A DNA stretch of 63,865 bases, filler included, from Octopus bimaculoides (lineage: Eukaryota), in NCBI RefSeq assembly GCF_001194135.2. It is 5 parts of 4 records of this genome, joined end to end, with 100 filler letters (N's around TTAATTAATTAA, not from the genome) between each part and the next. Parts side by side here need not be neighbours in the genome. Positions count along the whole stretch, not along the records: positions 52,292 to 59,514 come from NC_068996.1; positions 59,615 to 63,865 come from NW_026416834.1; 3 more parts are not named here. The stretch is one strand, 5' to 3'. A program made the position numbers and the translations under genes. Positions 53,436 to 63,865 of this stretch are shown piece after piece. Every line of letters starts with the position of its first letter. Position 1 is the first letter of the stretch. The notes under the pieces are model-generated. The model was not told the DNA's origin. It did not search any database and saw only the letters and a list, made by a program, of their open reading frames with translations.

Positions 53436-55004
53436 TGAAATCACTGTCGTCGTCGTCGTCGTCGTCGTCGTCATCATCCTCCTCCTCCTCCTCATCATCA
53501 TATCATCATATCATCATCATCATCATCATCATCATTATCCTCCTCCTCCTCCTCCTCCTCCTCCTCCTCCTCCNNNNNNNNNNNNNNNNNNNNNNNNNNN
53601 NNNNNNNNNNNNNNNNNNNNNNNNNNNNNNNNNNNNNNNNNNNNNNNNNNNNNNNNNNNNNNNNNNNNNNNNNNNNNNNNNNNNNNNNNNNNNNNNNNNN
53701 NNNNNNNNNNNNNNNNNNNNNNNNNNNNNNNNNNNNNNNNNNNNNNNNNNNNNNNNNNNNNNNNNNNNNNNNNNNNNNNNNNNNNNNNNNNNNNNNNNNN
53801 NNNNNNNNNNNNNNNNNNNNNNNNNNNNNNNNNNNNNNNNNNNNNNNNNNNNNNNNNNNNNNNNNNNNNNNNNNNNNNNNNNNNNNNNNNNNNNNNNNNN
53901 NNNNNNNNNNNNNNNNNNNNNNNNNNNNNNNNNNNNNNNNNNNNNNNNNNNNNNNNNNNNNNNNNNNNNNNNNNNNNNNNNNNNNNNNNNNNNNNNNNNN
54001 NNNNNNNNNNNNNNNNNNNTTCAGGAAATCTTTGCGAATTTATATTCTACATACAGGAATTCGTACGATTATGCAAAAACAAAAAACTAAAATTTTGGGG
54101 TGCGTGATTTAAAGCCTATAAGCTGTTAGTTTTAGCACATCTCACGATCAGGGTACAAGCAAAGATGGGCACAAGCAGCAGAGCACAGCGTCAACGCATG
54201 TGGCTTCGCGTAGAATATATTTGTCAACATGTGAGTTTTCTCGCAGACAAAAGTGTTCTCATATTTGGCTTGTTACTATGAAAACAGGCATGAATGTGTC
54301 TGTGGCTTACGATTGGCTAAAATTATCCAAAATTTACAAACTTTAAGAACTCTTAACTTTTTATTGATTGATTTATGGCGAAAATGAATTTCATGTCAAT
54401 GATTACCATACAAAATTACATCATTAACCAAATATGAAATCATTTGGAACAAAAATTAAAGAAATTGAAAAGTGGCAGCTTTTTTCTGGAAGACATCGAT
54501 TTTTCTGGAAAATAACTGTTTTCCTTTCAACTTTGCACTGTTTTTGCTGATGAGTTCCTTTTTTGTCTTAAGTCCCTTTATTTCTTGGGCGACTTGCTGA
54601 AATTGGTTTCTCACGTGGAAGAAATGTCTCGATTTTTGGTCAATGACAGCAATCGATGGGGATCCAGATGTCAATGTGAGAGGGGGAGAGATGGAGGAGA
54701 GTTATATGACGATGAAAAAGAGTGTCATAGAATTTTGCTTGCTGACGTTGCTACTGGAAAAGGTAGCAAACAGGTAGAACGAAGAGGAGATTCCACCACC
54801 ATCACCATCACCATCACCATCAAAACGACTGCCTCCATTAAAACCACCGCCTCCATAGTCACCTCCTCTGCTTCTATAGCCAAGACCACTACCAACAACA
54901 ACAGAAACAATAACAACAGCAATGTTTTGACGGAGAAAAAGTAAGCAGTATTGCTGTAATAAACATGAAAAAACAAGAAAATAAACAAAAATGAAAGAAA
55001 AGGG

Positions 55005-56100
55005 AAATAATTCGCACCGACAATGCTCTTCTCAATACGTGTGACGTAGCAGTTAAAACAAACTTTTGTACTTCCTGTTTGGATGGTAAACCAGAGATCA
55101 TCCACAAATAATTTTCAGTTCATTTTTTTCATCATTCCAAATATTCCTACAATCACTGGTATTTTAGCCGTAATGCGATGCACATATTTTCGATTTCAAT
55201 CAACAAATCTTTATGTTTTCTGAGCTTATCAGATTCTTTTGCCGATATATTATGATCACAAGGTATGCTCATGCCAATCAATAAACAGACTTTATTGTTT
55301 TGGTGTTTCACAACAATAACTGGATTATTAGCTTTGGTGGTCTGGTCTGTATTTACTGAAAAGTCTTAAAGAATCGTTACATTTTCTCCCTTAGTTACAG
55401 TCTCAGAGTGGTGCTTGTAATATTTATCCGCGGTTTTGATTTTATTATGCTGTTATATTAACCGGTGTAGATATTGGCTGACACTGTCATGTTTTGATTT
55501 ATACTCTTTTGGTGCGAAGACTTTACACCCACAGATTAGGTGGTCCACTGTTTCAATATCGTCGTTGCAATATCAGCACTTTGAGTCTACTCCTAGTGTT
55601 GTTGCACCAGGGTTTTTTCTTGTTAATGATAGTAATGAATGGGTTCTTCGATGTCTCCTCAAATTTTCAAGTCTTCAGTGTTGTGCGACTGCTATTGTTT
55701 CCTTTTTTGTCACTTCCTTATAGCTTTTCGGCAGGTATCATTTCATTCATGTTCGAGTTGTGAGGAAGTAGAGTTGGATGTGAAGAAACGTGCCTTGCGC
55801 TCTCATGTGTCGTGCGTGTTAGTATGGCTTTTTATTTGCGTCTTTCTGCCTGTGTTGATTGGTGTTTCTAGAAGAATATTGGATCTTTAAAGCTAGCTCA
55901 ACAAGAAACTTCCAGTGCTAGGCTTTCGGATGTCGTGGTTGTTCTTTACACGATCCTTTTATTTACACAAACGATCTCTTTTGCGTTGAGGGTTCGCATT
56001 TAGTGGTGATGGTGGTGAAGTTGCATATGTTTTATTGTCGTTTTTGTATCTGTTATTGTTGTCACTGCTGTGTCATCTGTTGAAGACGCCAATTTTCTAA
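55005..56100 (-). mobile_element. R4/Dong-like element 3' half (third family): CCHC finger and endonuclease domain
   Basis: DSKC*YCNDDIETVDHLICGCKVFAPKEYKSKHDSVSQYLH; ANNPVIVVKHQNNKVCLLIGMSIP; EVQKFVLTATSHVLRRALS. Confidence 0.75.
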
Positions 56101-56639
56101 TATACCATTTCCTTCTCTGCCATCGTCACTAGCACCACCATCAAAATCATCGGAGCTGATGTTATTAGTTCTGGTGGTAGTGGTTGGATCTAAATGGTGG
56201 GAAGGTTGGCGGTCGTAACGTCGCGACTCTTGAAGCGAGAGGGAGAGGGGGAAATCGCCCGCTGATTTAATTTGAAATTCTTTGATCTTTACTTCATATA
56301 ATTAATCTATGACAAATATTCGTACTGGTCAGCTTTCGGATAAACAATCTAATGAAGCACCAGACTGTATATAGATATAAGAGAATCAGAACAAACAGAA
56401 TAAACACGGCTTTAGAAATACTAAGGAATGAGGGAATTAGAATAAAACACAGAGATGAAAGAAAAGTTTAGGAAAGAATACTATTAAAGCAATGGATTAA
56501 TTCTCAAAACAGAGCTATATGCAAAAACAAACAATTAAAAATAAGGAAATCTGTTCCATTACTCTCTGTGTGCATGTAATGAACTAGCTTTATTATTGTT
56601 AAAAAGAAGGCTAAATGAATTAGCACGACTAGATAGGAT

Positions 56640-56830
56640 AATAATCCAAAGGTCTGAAATTTTGGGGATTACACCGGCACCAGCAGTCAATGGTGCTTAT
56701 TTTATCGACCCAGAAAGGATAAAACGCAAAGTCTACCTCGGCTAAACCTGAACCCATTACAAAAGACTGGAAGAAAAGCCGCAAAGCATTTGTCTGGTAT
56801 GCTAATCATTCTGCCAATTCACTGCCTCAC
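56640..56830 (-). mobile_element. Meta-like-domain SINE
   Basis: TTATTTTATCGACCCAGAAAGGATAAAACGCAAAGTCTACCTCGGC...CTGCCAATTCACTGCCT. Confidence 0.7.
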
Positions 56831-57239
56831 TAGAGAGAATAGCTGCTCTTTCTAAATTTGGCACTAAAAAATATTTGAGGATTATCCCAGGCTTACTATC
56901 TATGCAGGAAGTACAAAAGATTGTTTTAAGGGGTACGTCACACTTATTGAGAAGGGCATTGTGAAATTTCTTTCCTTCGTTTACATCTATTTCCTTTGTT
57001 TTCTTTTTTAAATTTTTTTCCTATTATATATAATACATACGCTGTTTAGCTAGATATGAGATCTCCATGTAACGCACACATGGTTGTGATGCATTCCTGG
57101 TGTGCATACACCTGTGATGCATGTACCTGGTATATCCTTATAAGACGGCTAGTCATGATGGGTGTAAGCAGAAACGTTCTCTGTGGGATAAGCCCGTGTA
57201 GTTCAGGCTTTCGCCACTAGAAACCACTTGATGCGACCC

Positions 57240-57775
57240 TCAGACACTAGCCTGCCGACCGGCGTCGTCGAGAGGAGTTGCACTTCCATGTGGTGCGTCA
57301 TTGTTTTGCAGTGCTTCTCCCCTCTTCGTCGATATTTGCAATGGCTGAAACGAAAAGACAGCGTGCTTCTGTGAGATTTTGATTTCTGCAGAGGGAACGG
57401 CCGCCGAAACAGTTGTCATGCTTCTAACAACTTGCAAGGACGCTGCCATGAGCAAAACACAAGCTTACATGGTCACATGTGGCTTGAAGACCAACCTTGT
57501 TTAGGGCAAACATCGAACCCCCGAACGAATGAAAGCTTCACGAAAATTCATGAACTGATCTTGGAAGTCCGTAGTCGAACAATTGACAAACTTGTTCATA
57601 TGACTGATGTGTACTGGAACTCCTCCGAATGAGTAATTCCGAATGAAAAGAATGTGCGAATGTGGAAGAGGTGAAGAAAAAATCATGGAAGAGTTAAAAG
57701 GCATCATTTCGCAAGAGTTCTTAGGGCTGCTTCGAAAAGTGGAAAACGATTCTGGACCGATGCATTGCTGAGTTC
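57240..57775 (+). mobile_element. Internally deleted mariner transposon
   Basis: ATG at 57341: MAETKRQRASVRF...AAETVVML...MSKTQAY; EDQPCLGQTSNPRTNES..KIHELILEVRSRTIDKL; C-terminal GCFEKWK..W..CI. Confidence 0.75.
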
Positions 57776-57777
57776 AA

Positions 57778-58385
57778 ACCATTGCCCATATCACGAACGA
57801 ATACCCTAGACTTGCCCAGAACCACTACAAGTTCTGGCAATACGACCAGATAGTAAAAGTGCTAGATTGGAAATTGTGCAAAAAGTGGGAGCTAGAGAGA
57901 GGCAAGACTTAGTATAAGCACAAACCGCAGAGAGCGACGGAGTCGGAGACTAGCAAAATCCTCTGAGATTTCCCAATCCAGACAAATCAGGTGCTGCAGC
58001 ATAACAGACCGCACTTAGTGGTGGTGGAAAAGGTGCACTACATCTGCTGCCCCTTTGACCAATGAATATTCAAGAAGGAAGGCGACAAATAGATAGATAC
58101 AAACTTCTCAGGTAGGAAATAGCCCGGCTATGGAAAATGAAGAAGGTGAAGATAGTGTCAATTATTGTTGGGTCCTTGGGAACAGTATCAGAAGACATCA
58201 AGAGGGATATAAAGGAAATTGGAATAGAGGACCCAGTAGAACTGTTACAAAAGGTTTGCTTCCTTCGCACGGCCAGAATAATCAGGAAAGTATTAAATAG
58301 ATGAAAAGAACGGATAGCATGGTACCGTAGGGTGCAGGTAGCAAGCCCTCTACGCATGCAAGACATCAGGAGCTCTAACAAAACG
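57778..58385 (+). mobile_element. R4/Dong-like 3' end (same family as 48130) followed by (ACT)n(AAT)n
   Basis: RHDQIVKVLDWKLCKKW...KIL*DFPIQTNQVLQHNRPHLVVVEK...LLQKVCFLRTARIIRKVL. Confidence 0.85.
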
Positions 58386-58398
58386 TATGATAAAAAGA

Positions 58399-58456
<58 letters not shown>

Positions 58457-58507
58457 ATAATAATAATAATAATAATAATGATAACAATAATAATAATGAT
58501 AATAATG

Positions 58508-58565
<58 letters not shown>

Positions 58566-58573
58566 TACTAATG

Positions 58574-58641
<68 letters not shown>

Positions 58642-59724
58642 NNNNNNNNNNNNNNNNNNNNNNNNNNNNNNNNNNNNNNNNNNNNNNNNNNNNNNNNNNN
58701 NNNNNNNNNNNNNCAAAAACAAATCTAATCCAATAACATCGATGGAATTAGGCAAAAGAACCGGTGGAAGATTTGAAGGAAGCGGTCTTTTAACGAAGAT
58801 AATTTTTAAAAAATATTTTTTATTTAAAAAAAAATGAAATTTTACTGCCATACAAAGCACAGGTCCTCCTATGCACGATGTTTCAGTGAAACACGTGCGA
58901 TCACACACGCAAAGCCGACACCGGAAAGTTTACAAACTATATAAAAAAGAAATGGAACAAAATAGTAAGTACATATATTGAATAATTACGCATACACTCG
59001 AACGTGTACACAATGATATATACGTTTTGATACCCATAGAACTACACATGCATCTTAACGTTTACACAACTACGTGAAAATCACAGGACACACCCACGCA
59101 TACGAAAACACATCACAAACGAAGCAAAACCAAAACTTTTTTTTCTTCTTTATTTATTTTGATTTTATGAACAAACACAGACAGAGTGAACCATTCATAA
59201 GTTTAAAACGCCACATACACAAAAAAAAATATACAATATGCCCGGAGATAAATCTATCAACAAAAAAAAAAAATACAGATGAATACCGATCTGCTAGCCT
59301 TAAGAAACTACGCTACGAGCAATATTTACATGCTGAGAAGTCGGTGACGGTGTTGTCTCAAAAAACTGACCCTAAACAGACAAATCCGTCCCCTAACGTC
59401 AACGCCAAAGCTCGTCATGCCTCAATGATAACAACGCAGATCACAAACCAGATTGGTCAATTTTAAAACAAACACAATCCAAATATATGGTACCCTAGGT
59501 ATAACACCTACATGNNNNNNNNNNNNNNNNNNNNNNNNNNNNNNNNNNNNNNNNNNNNTTAATTAATTAANNNNNNNNNNNNNNNNNNNNNNNNNNNNNN
59601 NNNNNNNNNNNNNNTATATATATATATATACATATATATAACGGGCTTATAAAATCCAAATAAAACTATATAATGATTTGAAATTAAAACAAATTCGGCA
59701 CTAAAATACTAAAATAATACTAAT

Positions 59725-60105
59725 GTCTTTTATCGTTTACTTTTCAGTCATTTGACTATGGCCATACTGGAGCACTGCCTTGAATTCTAGTCGAAAGAAT
59801 CGACCCCATTACTTATTGTTATAAACCTGGTACCTTTTCTATCGAGCACTTTTGCCGAACCGCTAATTTACAGGGACGTGACCACACCAACACAGTTCGT
59901 CAAGTGGTGGTAAGAAACAAAAAGAGACACAAACATGCACACATATATGGGCTTCTTTCAGTTTCCATCTGCTGAATCCACTCACATGACTCTCGTTGGT
60001 ATGGGGCTATAGCAGAAGACACTTGCCCAAGGTGCCATGCAGTGGGAATGAACCCAGAGCCATATGGTTGGGAGACAAACTTTATACCATACAGCCACAC
60101 CCCTA
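59725..60105 (-). mobile_element. Composite tRNA SINE with internal (CA)-rich spacer, CpGs largely intact
   Basis: CAGTCATTTGACT...ATCGACCCC...GCCGAACCGCTAA...GGGCTTCTTTCAGTTTCC...AGAAGACACTTGCCCAAGGTGCC. Confidence 0.8.
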
Positions 60106-60169
60106 AAATTATTAAAAATATAGTAATTCACATTAAAGCTATTAAACGTTCTCTGAGAACAAACATTCT

Positions 60170-60600
60170 TTTCTACTCTAGGCACAAGGCCCGAAATTTT
60201 TGGGGGAAGGGGCCATTCGATTAGATCGACCCCATAACGCAACTGGTACTTAATTTATCGACCCCGAAAGGATGAAAGGCAAAGTCGACCTCGGCGGAAT
60301 TTGAACTCAGAACATAAAGACAGACGAAATACCGCGAAGCATTTCGCCCGGCGGGCTAACGATTCTTATTTCTTTACTGCCCACAAGGGGCTACACACAG
60401 AGGGGACAAACAAGGACAGACAAACGGATTAAGTCAATTATATCGACCCCAGTGCATAACTGGTACTTATTTAATCGACCCCGAAAGTATGAAAGGCAAA
60501 GTCGACCTCGGCAGAATTTGAACTCAGAACGTAAAGACAGACGAAATACCGCTAAGCATTTCGCCCGGCGTGCTAACGATTCTGCCAGCTCGCCGCCTTC
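60170..60600 (-). mobile_element. Tandem dimer of Meta-like-domain SINE
   Basis: Two units of ATCGACCCCGAAAGGATGAAAGGCAAAGTCGACCTCGGCGGAATTTGAACTCAGAAC with different tails. Confidence 0.9.
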
Positions 60601-61636
60601 CTCTGAGAACAAACATTAACTCACACGAGATAGCGAGTGACCTGCTACATGGTCATTCGATCCGCTAGAAAAAACAGCCAAATCGCTCTTAAATTCTTCT
60701 ACCTTAAAGTTGTATATATATATATATTTATATATATAAAAGTGGTAAGACAATATCTACTACCCCATTGAAAGACATGATAGTTATGACCTTTGGAGAT
60801 AGGTCAGTTTACACGGACAGGAAAAAGAAGGATCTTTTATACTAGTCATGGGCAGACTGCAGTCTGCAGGTCATTTTGACTGGTATGCCTAATTTTACGC
60901 AGAAAATAACGTTTATCAGAATGGAATATGACAGGACAAGAGGAGACACGTGGGACAGAAAGCACGGAACGAGTGACGAAAGAACTTTAACAAATAAACT
61001 AATAATAATAACAATAATAATAATAAAGCTAAAGTGAAGCTCAAATAAATAGTCAGTGTGTTTAATCGGCAAAAGATGACTATCCCCAAGTATAACAATA
61101 TGGTTATTAAAATATTTTTAGTAGTGCGACTCGTCTGATGATGTGCTATGTCTTATGTGGCTGCTTCTCGCAAAAGTCGCCCATACTCGCTCTATATGAG
61201 CGTCCACTTGCTAGAAACTGCAGTCAAATCTCCACCAAATCAAATTACCATACTCTCTTAAAAAGAAGAATTAGTTAATTTTGTTATGTCGTGCGAGAGT
61301 CATTACGCCAATTATAATAACACACGCACAGGTTAAACTTCATTTCTTTATTATTAATCAATTAGTTAAATATCTAACCAACTAACTAACTAATCAATCG
61401 TTTGTTTAATGGGTTGGTTAAACAATCAATCGTTTGCTTGTCTGCCTAATTTCTTTCGTTGCTGTTCGCAATCTTTTCAATGAGCCGTGTCTCTCAGAGT
61501 GAGCAGGGAGTTACGGGTCACTGAAAAAGGTCTCGAATAGTCACGGAAGAGCTTTGACTAACAAGCAACCGGTTGATTGTTAATCCAACACGTTAAACAA
61601 AAGATGGATTAGTTAGTTGGTTAAATATTTAACCAC

Positions 61637-62072
61637 TTAAGGCAGCGAGCTGGCAGAAACGTTAGCACGCCGGGCGAAATGCTTAGCGGTATTTCGTCTA
61701 CTGTTACGTTCTGAGTTCAAATTCCGCCTAGGTCAACTTTGCTTTCATCCTTTCGTGGTCGATAAATTAAGTACCAGTTACGCACTGGGGTCGATGTAAT
61801 CGACTTAATCCCTTTGTCTGTCCTTGTTTGTCCCCTCTATGTTTAGCCCCTTGTGGGCAATAAAGAAATAAGAAACGTTAGTACGCCGGGCGAAATGCAT
61901 AGCGGTATTTTGTCTGTCTTTACGTTCTGAGTTCAAATTCCGCTGAGGTCGACTTAGCCTTCCATCCTTTCGGAGTCGATAAATTCAGTACCAGTGAAAT
62001 ACTGGAGTAGGTCGATGTAATCGACTAATCTCTTCCCACAAAATTTCAGGCCCTGTGCCTATAGTAGAAAGG
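61637..62072 (+). mobile_element. Tandem dimer of Meta-like-domain SINE ending in (ATT)n
   Basis: AAGGCAGCGAGCTGGCAGAAACGTTAGCACGCCGGGCG...GAGTTCAAATTCCGCC...CATCCTTTCG.GGTCGATAAATT occurs twice. Confidence 0.9.
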
Positions 62073-62103
62073 ATTATTATTATTACTATTATTATTATTA
62101 TTA

Positions 62104-62287
62104 TTCAGTAGTTTTATTTTTATAGCGTGCTTTCACTTCACTACCGAGCGCAGCTCTGTGCGCCTTGGGTATGTGCTGTGGTTTGCTGTGGTGCTCTTAT
62201 GTTTACTGTATTGAAAGTGTTTTGCGTAGAATGTGTGCAGTACCCAGTAGTGCAATTTTCTGTATGTTATATATATTTGTAAGTCCT
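62104..62287 (-). mobile_element. R4/Dong-like 3' end, near-identical to 51967-52150
   Basis: IQKIALLGTAHILRKTLSIQ*; abuts (ATT)n. Confidence 0.8.
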
Positions 62288-62293
62288 ATTATT

Positions 62294-62727
62294 AAGGCGG
62301 CGAGCTGGCAGAAATGCTTAGCTGCATTTCGTGTCTTTACGTTCTGAGTTCAAATTCTGCTGCTTTCGACTTTGCCATTCATACTTGCGAAGTTGATAAA
62401 TTAATACTAGTTACGTACTGGGGTCGATCTATTCGACTGGTCCCCCTCCCCAAAAATTTCGGACCTTGTGCCTAGAGTAGAAAATAATATTTAACTAATT
62501 GACTAATAATGATTTATACTAAAAGCACAATGCCTGAAATTTTGGAGGAAGGGTGAAGTCGATTACATTAACCCCAATATTTCACTGGTACTTAATTTAT
62601 CGACCCCGAAAGGATGAAAGACAAAGTCGAACTCGGTGGAATTTGATCCCAGAACGTACCGACGGGCAAAATAACGTTAAGCACTTCGTCCAGCGTAGTA
62701 ACGATTCTACCAGCTCGCCGCCTTAAC
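62294..62727. mobile_element. Two Meta-like-domain SINE monomers tail-to-tail (+ 62294-62486, - 62517-62727)
   Basis: AAGGCGGCGAGCTGGCAG head on +; CAGCTCGCCGCCTT head on -. Confidence 0.85.
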
Positions 62728-62739
62728 CAATTGGCTAAT

Positions 62740-63140
62740 AATCTTTTCTACTCTAAGCATAAGGTCGACCCCAGTACGCAACTGGTACTTAATTTATCGA
62801 CCCCCGAAAGGATGAAAGGCAAAGTCGACCTCGGCGGAATTTGAACTCAGAACGTAAAGACAGACGAAAATACCGCTAAGCATTTCGCCCGGCGTGCTAA
62901 CGTTTCTTATTTCTTTATTGCCCATAAGGAGCTAAACATAGAGGGATCAAGCAAGAACAGACAAAGGGATTAAGTCGATTACATCGACCCCAGTGCGTAA
63001 CTGGTACTTAATTTATCGACACCGGAAGGATGAAAGGTAAAGTCGACCTCGGCGGAATTTGAACTCAGAACGTAAAGACAGACGAAAATACCGCTAAGCA
63101 TTTCGCTTGGCGTGCTAACATTTCTGCCTGCTCGCCGCTT
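62740..63140 (-). mobile_element. Tandem dimer of Meta-like-domain SINE
   Basis: Same two-unit architecture as 60170-60600. Confidence 0.9.
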
Positions 63141-63557
63141 TCAATTGACTAATAATAAACAAGTGGAAGTGAACCAGTGCGACTGTTATAATTCTTGGTG
63201 TTATGACTCTCCGAAGACGCAACACAATTTCTTTCAACACACGATTAAAAATTTTAGAAACCGAAAACAAAACTGAAATTTAGTTAATGTAGTCATAAAT
63301 ATTCGTCAAAAAGGTGGTGATTTTCACGGTTGGAATGGTTTTGATTAAATGTCGATTGATTACTGCTGATTAGGCCCTAGATAGCATCAGTAATTACAAC
63401 AATTACAATAAAAAACCCCAGAAGTAACAAGAACAAAAAATAATTAAGAAATCAAATAAATTCAAGACTACATGATTATGCGCATGTGTATGTATGTATG
63501 TATGTATGCCTGTATGTATGTACGTATGTATATATCACCGTCTATACACACGCACAC

Positions 63558-63594
<37 letters not shown>

Positions 63595-63865
63595 TATATA
63601 TACGTGTGTGTGTGTGTACTGTTATATTTTGCGATGGTCATCTTATATATAGATACATGCATGCATATAAATACATGTATATACGTACATGTATATACTT
63701 GTACATATATGCATATATTACACACACACAGATATATATATATATACATATGTATATACATACATACGTGTGTGTGCGTATAAGATAGGTATTTCAATAA
63801 AAATATACGCAAACAATATGATGTATGTATATCTATACACATATTCAGGTATACATATACATGCA

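Noticed and set aside
54585-54944. 119-aa Thr/Asn-rich ORF
   Set aside because: The second half is trinucleotide low-complexity sequence, and no domain was recognised.
61125-61185. CTGATGA inside a GCGACT/AGTCGC hairpin
   Set aside because: Lacks GAAA and hammerhead topology.
60170-63140. Regularly repeated units as a CRISPR array or tRNA cluster
   Set aside because: Units are long SINE copies without unique spacers, and the tRNA-like heads do not form complete cloverleafs.

Overview
AT-rich, microsatellite-dense animal genomic DNA with many N gaps. The SINE families and repeat landscape look like an octopus or other cephalopod; this is an inference from repeat content. No complete protein-coding gene could be recognised, and most listed ORFs are translated microsatellites or N gaps. 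The window is mostly tRNA-derived SINEs (CORE-type, Meta-like-domain type, and a composite with an internal microsatellite), decayed LINEs (RTE, CR1-like, several R4/Dong-like families next to (TAA)n arrays), mariner and hAT remnants, and MITEs. Main observations: (1) at least four unrelated short elements carry minimal type I hammerhead ribozyme folds of the Penelope/retrozyme kind. One is a 158-bp insertion with a 12-bp TSD, one is an inverted dyad, one has a variant core, and one lies sense-strand in a possible first intron. (2) A sharply CpG-depleted domain at about 11.4-23.2 kb follows a CpG-rich TOP-like ATG|GTAAG site, suggesting an unidentified methylated gene body. (3) An array of RFX X-box-like motifs lies inside that domain. 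Four 44N-TTAATTAATTAA-44N spacers are artificial scaffold joins.
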